Positions 29,195 through 38,463 of a stretch of 64,000 bases of DNA are shown piece by piece; the stretch's first letter is position 1; every line of letters starts with the position of its first letter. Under the pieces are notes generated by a model that saw only the letters and a program-made list of their open reading frames with translations, did not search any database and was not told where the DNA came from. Source of the DNA: Thermoproteota archaeon. GTDB taxonomy: Archaea > Asgardarchaeota > Jordiarchaeia > Jordiarchaeales > Freyrarchaeaceae. The DNA lies in contig JAPDJY010000039.1 of assembly GCA_029258835.1 (NCBI GenBank), positions 99,615-163,614 of the forward strand. Direction: 5' to 3'. The position numbers and the translations under genes are program-made.

Positions 29195-30325
29195 GTGGTT
29201 AGCGGAGAGCTGGGAAAAGGAAGCGTAGGATATAGAAGAGAGGAGGTCTCCAAGAGGAGGAAGGGCGGACGAAGACGTTGGAAAGCTGTGAGTATGATAG
29301 AGCTGGAGCCGTTAGGATACCCTCTCAGAGCTGCAGGGGAGGAGGGGGAAACTGTTTTAACTACCGATAATCCCGAGATATTTCAGGCATATGCCAGAGA
29401 GCAGTGGGGAGGCTTATATGTTAAGAAAGGAGACTTACTTTTTGACCGGTCTCTTTTTCCAGACTTCGCTTTTAAAATAGTCGAAATGGCGCCAAGTGAG
29501 GGGCAGATAACCAATAGAACAGTGTTTAAGCTTAGCAGGAGAAGAAGGCCGGAAGTTCACGGGTTGGCTAAAATTAGTTTTTCAGACGTAGTAGGACAGG
29601 AGAGGGCGAAAAGAAAGTGTATGATAATAAAAAGGTACTTGGAAGAGCCAGAGTTCTTTAAGGAGTGGGCGCCCAAAGCGGTTCTTTTTTACGGCCCTCC
29701 CGGGACAGGGAAAACGATGATGGCGCAAGCTTTAGCTAATGAGGCGAAAGCGTCCTTTTTCTTCGTTAAGTCACCAGAGCTTATAGGCACCCATGTCGGT
29801 GACGCAGCCAATAGGATACATAGACTTTTCAAAAGGGCAAGAGATGGATCACCCAGTATTGTATATATAGATGAAATAGATGCTGTAGGTTTAGATAGGA
29901 GGTTTCAGAGTGTTCGAGGCGACGTGACGGAAGTTGTTAACGCCCTCCTTGCTGAAATGGACGCACTAGAAGGTGAGAGAGGCGTGGTATGTATTGGGGC
30001 AACAAACAACATTATGCTTCTCGACGCTTCCCTAAGAAGCAGGTTTGAAGAGGAAATAGAATTTACATTACCCAACCTAGAGGAAAGAAAGAGGATACTT
30101 GAAATGTATGCAGCGAAAATTCCTTTAAGGGTTGAAGCAGATTTCAATAAAATAGCTAGGATAACGGAGGGGTTCTCTGGGAGAGACCTTAAGGAAAAGG
30201 TGCTTAAGGCGGTATTCCATCAAGCGATAGCTGAGGGTGTGGATGTTATAACACACCAGATGATTGAAGAATCTGTAAGGGGATTGATTAGGAAGGATAA
30301 GGGTACCGAGAGACTTTTTATTTAA
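29195..30325 (+). CDS. AAA family ATPase (COG1223-like)
   Basis: PLGYPL, FQAYAREQW, WAPKAVLFYGPPGTGKT, IDEIDA, RGDVTEVVNALL. Confidence 0.9.
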   Translation: MVSGELGKGSVGYRREEVSKRRKGGRRRWKAVSMIELEPLGYPLRAAGEEGETVLTTDNPEIFQAYAREQWGGLYVKKGDLLFDRSLFPDFAFKIVEMAPSEGQITNRTVFKLSRRRRPEVHGLAKISFSDVVGQERAKRKCMIIKRYLEEPEFFKEWAPKAVLFYGPPGTGKTMMAQALANEAKASFFFVKSPELIGTHVGDAANRIHRLFKRARDGSPSIVYIDEIDAVGLDRRFQSVRGDVTEVVNALLAEMDALEGERGVVCIGATNNIMLLDASLRSRFEEEIEFTLPNLEERKRILEMYAAKIPLRVEADFNKIARITEGFSGRDLKEKVLKAVFHQAIAEGVDVITHQMIEESVRGLIRKDKGTERLFI

Positions 30326-30348
30326 TGCGTGCCTGCTGAGGGGTCGAG

Positions 30349-30939
30349 TTGAAGAAGGTTATTGCAATAGTAGGCATGCCTGGAAGTGGGAAGAGTGTTG
30401 CTACAGGCGTAGCTGCAAGAGAGGGGTTCCCGGTAATTTCAATGGGCGACGTAATACGTGAAGAGGCAATGTTAAGAGGGTTAAACCCTTCTCCAGAAAA
30501 CATAGGTAGGATCATGTTGGAGCTTAGAGATGAAGAGGGAGATGACGCCGTAGCGAGGCGATGCATCCCTAGGATAGAAGCAGAAAAGTCTAATGTTGTT
30601 ATTGTTGAAGGAATAAGAAGCATGGCGGAGGTTGAGGCATTTAAAAGAAAATATCCAGATTTCATTCTTATCGGAGTGCATGCGTCCCCAGAGACGCGAC
30701 TAAGGAGATTAGTAGCAAGAGGGAGAGAAGACGATCCTAGGACATTAAGTCATTTTAGGGAAAGAGACAAACGCGAGTTACAAGTGGGGATAGGGAATGC
30801 TATAGCGATGGCAGACTATATGCTGGTAAACGAGGGAGACATAGAAGAATTCAAAGAAAAGGTGAGGAAACTTCTTAGGAGGGTAATAGATGAGAATAAG
30901 GGTGGAGACCCCTCTAAACCCGACAGAAGATTTAAGTAA
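30349..30939 (+). CDS. UPF0200 nucleotide-kinase-like P-loop protein
   Basis: IVGMPGSGKS, SMGDVIR, EGIRS, RGREDD. Confidence 0.88.
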   Translation: MKKVIAIVGMPGSGKSVATGVAAREGFPVISMGDVIREEAMLRGLNPSPENIGRIMLELRDEEGDDAVARRCIPRIEAEKSNVVIVEGIRSMAEVEAFKRKYPDFILIGVHASPETRLRRLVARGREDDPRTLSHFRERDKRELQVGIGNAIAMADYMLVNEGDIEEFKEKVRKLLRRVIDENKGGDPSKPDRRFK

Positions 30940-31318
30940 AGTTATAAAGGCACTTAAAACTGTTTTGGAAACCGAATACTCCGTACAGGAAGAGGAAGAT
31001 ACTAGGAAAGTGGTGGGAGAGGCTGAAGGCATAGATAGGTTGCAACAGTTTTACAATAGGTTACGTGAACAGTACATTGTAGAGGCCGCCAGAGGACTGC
31101 TTAAGAAGAGAGCCAGAGAAAGGGAGGTTATCTTCTTTTTAAATAAGCAAGCAGCCTATGTGGGTAAAATAAGTTTTTGCGCTCCTGAAAAAGAATCACC
31201 TATGGGAGCAATAAAGGTGACAATAACTAGCGATAAGATAGAAGAGGTTATTGATTGGCTTTGCCCAAAAACGGTTAAGGGAAAACCTCAGGAGGTTGAA
31301 CCTCCAATTGATGCTTGA
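30890..31318 (+). CDS. UPF0201 (COG1931) putative RNA-binding protein
   Basis: PTEDLSKV, LNKQAAYVG, IDWLCPKT. Confidence 0.88.
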   Translation: MRIRVETPLNPTEDLSKVIKALKTVLETEYSVQEEEDTRKVVGEAEGIDRLQQFYNRLREQYIVEAARGLLKKRAREREVIFFLNKQAAYVGKISFCAPEKESPMGAIKVTITSDKIEEVIDWLCPKTVKGKPQEVEPPIDA

Positions 31319-32140
31319 ACATGGTAGAAAGCGAATTGAAGATGAAGCTAAGCATTTCGACGCTTATCCATTTGAAAGACCCTTTTGAGAAGATATTTGA
31401 AACAATCGAGAAAGTGGCACAGACAGATGTTGGCGTATATGTTAAATTATTGGAATTGATCGAAGACGGTTTTCACATGCCGACTAAGGAGAGGATAAAG
31501 CGGTTGAATGAGTTGCTGAAGGCTCCAACATAACAAAGTTTACCGTTCACGTATCATTTCTGATATAAACATAGCAGCTAATTTCGCCTTCTCATCAAAA
31601 GGGTTTTAGGGTTTTTATTGGAAGCTCTGGAAGGAGCTGTGAAAACTAATGCGAAAGTATGGTTTCTTCATCCAGGGTGGCCGTCACCATTCTCCGTAAA
31701 CTTTCCCGAGAAAGCATGAGAAAAACAGAGAGGAACAGTGAAGTGCTTGTAGAGCAGGTGGGGAAACTGGGAGAAGTGAAGGGTGGTCGTGGAAAAATAT
31801 GGCGCCACCTTACCGTTTCTTATTAAGGAGCCACGGGTAATAATCAAGTTTTTCAAGGAAGTGAAAGGGGGCTGGCTTAAGTTTCGATATGGGGTACGCC
31901 TCAAAGACGGGAAGAATAGGGGGAACAGTGAAAAAGGTTAGGCAGCATATAGCCCATGTTCATATTCATGGCAATACACGGGGCGAGAGCAGCATTTACC
32001 TATTGGTAAAGGGAGCATGAATTGGAAAGCGGTCACATTGGAAGTAGCCTAGAGGAGGATCTAAAGGAATGCTTTATAGCTGAAAATTATTAGGTTAAAG
32101 GACGCATTAGAAACCATAGAGAAATGGGGAAATTCCTAAC
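31315..32140 (+). pseudogene. Sugar phosphate isomerase/epimerase (TIM barrel) pseudogene
   Basis: Motif remnants in shifting frames (TVH, DINIA, FLHPG, FDMG, HVHIHGN, HLPIGKG) with several stops and frameshifts; end approximate. Confidence 0.7.
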
Positions 32141-32191
32141 AAAAAAGAGAGGTTCTAAGCGGGGGAATGCCTGACTGAGAGTGGTGGACGC

Positions 32192-33139
32192 TTAGGGTGA
32201 TGGAGGAAGTACGGTAAAGGACCCTTTAAGATCTAGGAGAACCCGCATGAAGTCTTGGGCAACGACCGTGTTTGGAAAAATGTTCTTTGCTTGCTGAAGT
32301 AGCAGGTCTGCATTAGAGTACCTAGAGCTGATATGCGTGAGAACCAATAGTTTAACTTCTGCTTTATGGGCGATGTGGGCAGCTTGAACGCTTGTCGAAT
32401 GCTTTGTCTCTATAGCTTTTTTTTCAAGGGTATGGTCGAAGGTGCTTTCATGAATTAAAACATCTGCGGATTTGCTTAGCTCTAGAAGATGCTGGCACGG
32501 GGTGGTATCTCCTGAGTATACGATTTTACGGCCACTTTGGGGGGGGTCCACGACGGCTTCCGGCTTTATGACACGACCATTTTTTAATGTTACTGGTTCT
32601 CCCAACTGAAGCCTTTTCCAAAGAGGCCCCATCGGAACACCTAGTTCAATAGCCTTTTCAGGATGAAATTTTCCCGGCCGAGGTTTTTCTTCAAATGAAT
32701 AAGCGTATGCATCGATAGAGCCGTGATTCACCCTGCAACATTTAACGTAATAGTAGGGAGACTCGCAAATAACTCCGGGATGTACTGGGTGGACGTATAA
32801 ATCGAAGGACAAGCCAAACTCTAGATTTTCTATAAGAGCTCTAATAAATTCTGCGAGAGAGGGGGGGCCATAAACATGAAGTGGAGTTTCCCTTTCCATC
32901 AAGGAAAGGGTTTGCAAAAGCCCTGGAAGACCCATAACGTGATCGCCATGAAGATGGGAAATAAATATTTTTGAGATGCGGGCCACGCTCATTTTTGCCT
33001 TAAGCATTTGCCTTTGGGTTCCCTCGGCACAATCAAAGAGGACTATTTCCCTGCCTCTAGCCAAAGCGATCGCCGGCAGGTTTCTCTCGGGGGTCGGCAC
33101 GCTTCCTGAGGTACCTAAGAAGACGATTTTAATCATCAA
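32192..33139 (-). CDS. rnz: Ribonuclease Z
   Basis: FLGTSGSVP, DCAEGTQRQ, SHLHGDH, YSGDT, HEST, HST, THISSRY. Confidence 0.96.
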   Translation of the reverse strand: MMIKIVFLGTSGSVPTPERNLPAIALARGREIVLFDCAEGTQRQMLKAKMSVARISKIFISHLHGDHVMGLPGLLQTLSLMERETPLHVYGPPSLAEFIRALIENLEFGLSFDLYVHPVHPGVICESPYYYVKCCRVNHGSIDAYAYSFEEKPRPGKFHPEKAIELGVPMGPLWKRLQLGEPVTLKNGRVIKPEAVVDPPQSGRKIVYSGDTTPCQHLLELSKSADVLIHESTFDHTLEKKAIETKHSTSVQAAHIAHKAEVKLLVLTHISSRYSNADLLLQQAKNIFPNTVVAQDFMRVLLDLKGSFTVLPPSP

Positions 33140-33169
33140 AGAAGTGCACTCCCCGTTCTTTGCTTAATT

Positions 33170-34198
33170 CTAGAAACGTGAAACAATTATCTTTCGAGTC
33201 AAACTTTTATGAACTCTGATATAATATATTTCAACTATCCGGAGGCCATGTGAAGCCATAACGTCCTCTATGTTTATTACTGAAGGGGAAGCTATGCAGA
33301 ACCATCCGTCTTTCCTTAGAAAGGAAACAGCGGAGGAGAGGAAGTCCCGTATAAGCACGTCAGGTGGAGATCCCTTAGTTGACGAGGCGCGGCCGTAAGG
33401 GGGGTCTGTTACCACACGGTCTACACGGGATAAAAAGGGATCACGCGCATCCGCTAAAACTAATTCGCTAGGAACGCCATAATACTTGAGGTTTCTTTTA
33501 GCTCCGAGGAGAACATTCCGGTCTAGGTCACACCCCACAACTCGGCATCCTATGAGAGCGGCTTCGATCAGTATGCTTCCAGCACCACAAAAGGGGTCTA
33601 ATAGAATATGGTGACGAGATGCCCGAGCCAAGTTAACCATTGCCCTAGCAAGGTAGGGATTCATGGATGATGGTGTGAAAAAGGGGCGAAACCTAGGTAG
33701 ACGTGCTCTAAGCGTTCTTCTAATAGAACTGCCAATGTATAAGCCAAGGAGGAAGCATCCCTCTGAGAGTACTCCCAACAGCAACTTATTCGGGGATTTT
33801 AGGTCCACCTTTGCCCCAGTGACTTCTCTCACATGCCTGCCTATGACACGCTCAAGCATTAGCCTGTTAATACTGAGAGAGTGCTGCTTAACACGTTTTA
33901 CCCTCACAGCGAAGGTATCGGATGCAGAAATGAACATGGGTAGGTTAGAAATGTGAATGCTTTCAATTATTTCATCGATGCAGGCTGGCGACTTTGCTAG
34001 GAGCAAGCAGCCACAATGACACAAAGCTGCACGTTTTAAAATTAGATTGGCAGCGGCGTAGTCCGTTTTCACTATAAAAACTTGGTCCAACACCGAGTAG
34101 TTAAAAGTAAAGCTGCCGCTTTCAAGAATGGCCTTGCATTCAGCAGAAGGTAGTAAGGAATGCTCACCTGATAGTAGAAAGAAAAACGATGCCTTCAA
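33170..34198 (-). CDS. tRNA m2G10 methyltransferase (THUMP + MTase, Trm11/TrmG10)
   Basis: LLSGEH, RPFFTPSSM, LDPFCGAGS, TDPPYGR. Confidence 0.9.
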   Translation of the reverse strand: MKASFFFLLSGEHSLLPSAECKAILESGSFTFNYSVLDQVFIVKTDYAAANLILKRAALCHCGCLLLAKSPACIDEIIESIHISNLPMFISASDTFAVRVKRVKQHSLSINRLMLERVIGRHVREVTGAKVDLKSPNKLLLGVLSEGCFLLGLYIGSSIRRTLRARLPRFRPFFTPSSMNPYLARAMVNLARASRHHILLDPFCGAGSILIEAALIGCRVVGCDLDRNVLLGAKRNLKYYGVPSELVLADARDPFLSRVDRVVTDPPYGRASSTKGSPPDVLIRDFLSSAVSFLRKDGWFCIASPSVINIEDVMASHGLRIVEIYYIRVHKSLTRKIIVSRF

Positions 34199-35100
34199 CT
34201 TTCCAATGCCCCAGCAATAAGAGGTGCTAGGGATATTAGACTGACATCACTGGGTACGCTATCTGTTCCCACGAGGCTCCTTGCACCGGCGTTAAATATT
34301 TTGAGGCGGGCGTCGCCTATCAGAAGTGGATGAACGCATGCGACGTGAACAGCCCTTGCCCCCTGTTTAACAGCCATTGAAATGGCGTTCACCACCGTGC
34401 CACCAGTACTTATTATGTCATCTACTATGATCACATCGCTTCCAGACACGTCTATATGCTTTTCCTTAGTGACGATCTCTCCAGTATACTTGTCTCTGTG
34501 CTTCTCAAGGAACACGAAGTTGCAGTCTAAAATCCTTGCAACAGCCTCCCCCTCTTTACAGGCTCCTTCATCGGGTGCTAAAACTATTGGGTTCTTCAGA
34601 GAAAAAGACTTAAAATGCTCTCCAATTAAAGGAGCTGCATTTAAATCAACAAATGGAACATTCAATCCATCGAAAACACGCGTATTATGAATGTTAACGG
34701 TTATCACCTTATTTACACCGCAATCACATAGCATACGGCAGATATATCTTCCACTAACAGCTTCTCCAGGCAAAAACGCTTTATCTTGGCGAGCATAAGC
34801 AAGGTAAGGAATAACGGCGGTAACACTATTAGCTCCCTGATCAATCACTCCGTTGACTAATAGGAAGAGTTCGATTAGATTTGAGTCCTGAGGAGGAGGC
34901 GTTGACTGAACAACGATCACATCGCAGCCCTCCACCGAGTCAAGTAACCTAACATAAAGTTCGCCATCAGGGAATCTCTTAAAGGATACAGGTACAAGTT
35001 TTAACCCGAGAAGACGGGAGATCTTAACCGTTAAAAGCTGGGAAGCTGAGCCAGCTACAAGCACCATATTGTCCAAGTTACTCATAGAAAAACCCTCCAT
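34195..35100 (-). CDS. prs: Ribose-phosphate pyrophosphokinase
   Basis: RFPDGE, PYLAYARQD, APDEG, IVDDIISTGGT. Confidence 0.95.
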   Translation of the reverse strand: MEGFSMSNLDNMVLVAGSASQLLTVKISRLLGLKLVPVSFKRFPDGELYVRLLDSVEGCDVIVVQSTPPPQDSNLIELFLLVNGVIDQGANSVTAVIPYLAYARQDKAFLPGEAVSGRYICRMLCDCGVNKVITVNIHNTRVFDGLNVPFVDLNAAPLIGEHFKSFSLKNPIVLAPDEGACKEGEAVARILDCNFVFLEKHRDKYTGEIVTKEKHIDVSGSDVIIVDDIISTGGTVVNAISMAVKQGARAVHVACVHPLLIGDARLKIFNAGARSLVGTDSVPSDVSLISLAPLIAGALES

Positions 35101-35315
35101 CCTCTCTTTAAGGAAAAAATGAAGACAATACCTAGTAAAACCTTTCCCACCAGAAACCTTTCAGGTTTAAGCGGCGCTGCAAAGGCTTCGCAAAATAATA
35201 AAGATTCCCTTCTAATAGGCACCGGGTTAAAGCGTTAACGAGGAGAGCGAAATTAAGAAATAAGGTAGGAGTCTAAGTTTAAAGAAGCTGACTTCACACT
35301 AATAGAGGTGAAGAA

Positions 35316-36344
35316 ATGATAAGAGAGGCGCGTTTTTACGAGGTTAAAGGCGAGGGGGACGTCGTCTGTCTCTTATGCCCTAACAAATGTTTTATTAAAA
35401 ATGGGAAGCGGGGGAGCTGTGGTGTTAGGGAAAACAGGGAGGGAACGCTTTACACGTTAATTTATGGATCAGTGTCCTCGATGGCGGTTGACCCGATAGA
35501 GAAAAAGCCGCTTTTCCATTTCTGGCCAGGAAGCGACATATTTTCGATAGCTACTGTTGGGTGCAATCTTCATTGCATGCACTGCCAGAACTGGCACATA
35601 TCTCAAGTGTCTATTGAAAGCGGGTTAACGAGAGATATATTACCGGAGGAGATAATTAAGGCCGTCGAGGAAAGCGGCAGTAAGTCTATTGCATACACTT
35701 ATAACGAACCTTTCATATGGTATGAGTACGTTTACGATGTCGCAAAGCTAGCTCATAAGAAAGGGATACTAAACGTGCTGGTTACTAACGGTTATATTCT
35801 AGAGGAGCCATTAAGAGAAATAGCACCTTACATTGACGCTGCAAACGTCGATGTGAAGGCTATGCGTGACGAATTTTATAAAAAAATATGTAAAGTTTCA
35901 AGTGTGAAGCCAGTCCTAGAAACAGTAGTTATAATGAAGGAGTTGGGTATTCACGTCGAATTAACGTACCTAGTGATACCGACCCTCAATGATGATGAAG
36001 ATGAAATAAGAAAATTTGTAAGGTGGGTTAAAGAGGATGTAGACAGCGACACGCCAGTACACTTCTCAAGGTTTTACCCACATTATAAGTTAAGCGAGCT
36101 ACCCCCGACACCAGTTTCAACCATTATGAAAGCTCAGAAGATAGCGTTAGATGAGGGGCTTCATTATGTTTACGCAGGTAACGTTCCAGGGTACGGGGAA
36201 GACACGTACTGTCCACGGTGCGGCGAGAAGGTAGTTGAAAGGTACGGGTTTACTGTGAGAAAATGCAACCTAAGAGGCGGGAAGTGTCCTAAATGCGGAG
36301 AGACAATAGCGATAGTTGGAGAATGTAAGGAAACAGTATGGTAA
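35316..36344 (+). CDS. AmmeMemoRadiSam system radical SAM enzyme
   Basis: CLLCP, DPIEKKPLFHF, GCNLHCMHCQNW, AYTYNEP, HFSRFYP, YVYAGNV. Confidence 0.92.
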   Translation: MIREARFYEVKGEGDVVCLLCPNKCFIKNGKRGSCGVRENREGTLYTLIYGSVSSMAVDPIEKKPLFHFWPGSDIFSIATVGCNLHCMHCQNWHISQVSIESGLTRDILPEEIIKAVEESGSKSIAYTYNEPFIWYEYVYDVAKLAHKKGILNVLVTNGYILEEPLREIAPYIDAANVDVKAMRDEFYKKICKVSSVKPVLETVVIMKELGIHVELTYLVIPTLNDDEDEIRKFVRWVKEDVDSDTPVHFSRFYPHYKLSELPPTPVSTIMKAQKIALDEGLHYVYAGNVPGYGEDTYCPRCGEKVVERYGFTVRKCNLRGGKCPKCGETIAIVGECKETVW

Positions 36345-36358
36345 GGCGGCAACGTCAT

Positions 36359-37504
36359 TTAGCTAACTGGGCGCCAGACTAAACCCAGTTCATCAGCAAG
36401 CTGATAGGCTTTTTGCATCTCCTCGGGTGAAACACGGCGATTTATATCACGATAATTTTTGCTTTTAGGCACAAGATGTGTTGGATAATACTGAGACATT
36501 ACATTTACCAATGCTTTAGGACAGTTTTCAGCGATCCATTCTAAGACGGGGCGGGTGCAGCACTCAACATGTCCTGGCAGAACAAGGTGGCGAATTATCA
36601 TTCCAGAGGAGCCGTTAGCGACTGTTTGCTCGTATGCTAGCTTATGGTTCCGCGAGACAACTTCCCAGTAGTTTTTAACCTTGCTTAGCTTTTCGGCACA
36701 TTCATTATTGCCATACTTAAAGTCAGGCAACCAGAAATCCATGACATCTAATAAAAGCATCATGCATTCCTTAGAGCAGTACATGTTTGAGTTCCAAAGC
36801 TGAGGTATATTAACTCTAAGTTGCCTAATGGCGTCGAGGATTATCCACGTGGATGGAGTAGGGTCTCCGCCAACATAATTTATGTTTCGTGCACCCTCAC
36901 GCTTCAACGTTCTAGCTATGCTGGCCAGGTCGGCGGCAGTTACCTCTGCACCGTTCAGAGGATCCGTGCTTATATCGTGATTCTGACAGAAAACACAGGA
37001 AAAAGTGCAACTAGTGAAGAAGAATGCACCGCTGGACGTTCATCCAGCGATTGTGCCTGAGGGCACTAGGGGTGCTTCCTCACCCATGTGCAGAAACGCT
37101 GTGGAAACGTAAGCTTTAGCACCAAGTTTGCAGAAGCCAAGCTTACCTTCTAAACGGTTTACACCACACCTTCTTTCGCAAAAATGGCAGTTAACAAGGA
37201 TTCGCTTGGCAAGCTCTGCCTTTAGGTCAAGATAGGATGTTTGAGGTGTGTCAAGCTCGCCTAGCTCCACAGATCCTTGATCCACTTTCGTAAGGAGTCT
37301 ACGGAATTGCTTACTGGCACGTTCATGAACATTCCAAAGCATCTCGGTAGGAGAATTAAGGGGTACATCAATGTTTACCTTACTAGCTATTAAAAACTTT
37401 GCAGGCCGCTTATCGTTGAAAACGTCATAGTACCTTTTAAGCCGTTCTAAAACTACGTTATCACTCCACACTTTAAGCGAATCAGGTCTTACCACACGCC
37501 ACAT
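36359..37504 (-). CDS. PflX-like radical SAM protein, spliced: exon 1 37051-37504, exon 2 36359-37023, 372 aa
   Basis: CHFCERRCGVNR, HMGEEAPLVPSGT|IFFTSCTFSCVFCQNHDIS, NINYVGGDPTP, DFKYGN, IIRHLVLPGH. Confidence 0.9.
37024..37050 (-). other. Candidate BHB intron (27 nt) in the PflX-like radical SAM mRNA
   Basis: Minus strand: AG GCAC AA|T CGCTGGA-TGAACG-TCCAGCG GTGC AT|T CT; perfect GCAC/GTGC helix; in-frame TGA. Confidence 0.9.
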
Positions 37505-37912
37505 AATAGATCTCCCTCAATTGAATTAAAAACGAAGTCTTATTAGATAACTTTTATCACATTTCCATTTTATCAAATATTTATCAAAAAGGGACTAAGG
37601 GGAAAATTAAGTGTCGATTCCGCACCCCATTTCATCTATTTCTGCAGTGAGGGGGAGGGGGGATAAACCACACAGAACAGAAATAGTTTTGGGGTTTTGC
37701 GTCGACACCATTCTCCCACCACTACACTGGTCTCTCAAGAAGCTTTTTCAATAAAAAGTTTTCGCCTTGGAGATAAATAAAGGTAATTTTCTGAGGTATT
37801 CTGCCATATTTCATTAGAAGTTTTAAAATGAAGATACGGTGAGCGCCGAAGGCAATGGAGCGTAAGCGGAAGAGCGGCAGGACACCGCCATCATTTAGTG
37901 TGCAGCGAGAAA

Positions 37913-38461
37913 TTATAAAGTAGCGAGTACACTGTCTAGCGGAAGCACTTCAAGTTTAAGCACGTTTTCCATTTGACGGAGAGCCCATTCATGATCTTCA
38001 TCACTTATTGAGGCGACGCAATCCTTTGGAATAACTACCTTATAGCCGAGCATAGCTGCGGTTGCAGCCGTGTAAAGTACACAGATATTTGTTAGAACGC
38101 CAGTTATAATTAATGTATTTATTCCTCTACTTCTTAAGACAAGGTCTAGCATCGTCCCTAAGAAGCCATCATACTTAAGCTTCTTAACTATAACATCGTT
38201 TTTTTGCGGCTTAAGGGGATCTATAACTTCTGCACCCTCCGTTCCCTCTACGGCGTGAGGGGGCCATACCGCAAACTCAGGGTCATCTGAAGTATGGCTA
38301 TCACACACGTACACCACTAAAATACCTTTATTTCTAGCATTATCAATTAACCGTTTTATGTTTGGAGCGATCTCTCTTCCCTTTGGAACCTCCAAGACGG
38401 CGCCTTCCTCTATAAAATCTTTTAACATATCAACTACTAAAACGGCTTTTCCAGACGACAT
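37913..38461 (-). CDS. Isochorismatase/nicotinamidase family cysteine hydrolase
   Basis: VVDMLKDF, DSH, WPPHA, GVLTNICV. Confidence 0.92.
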   Translation of the reverse strand: MSSGKAVLVVDMLKDFIEEGAVLEVPKGREIAPNIKRLIDNARNKGILVVYVCDSHTSDDPEFAVWPPHAVEGTEGAEVIDPLKPQKNDVIVKKLKYDGFLGTMLDLVLRSRGINTLIITGVLTNICVLYTAATAAMLGYKVVIPKDCVASISDEDHEWALRQMENVLKLEVLPLDSVLATL

Positions 38462-38463
38462 TT

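Noticed and set aside
31315-32140. Broken sugar isomerase as a further intron-containing gene
   Set aside because: It has many small indels and stops with no BHB hairpins; this is ordinary decay.
37040-37042. In-frame TGA in the radical SAM gene as selenocysteine or readthrough
   Set aside because: It does not align with a Cys position and lies within a 9-codon insertion that is cleanly explained as a BHB intron.
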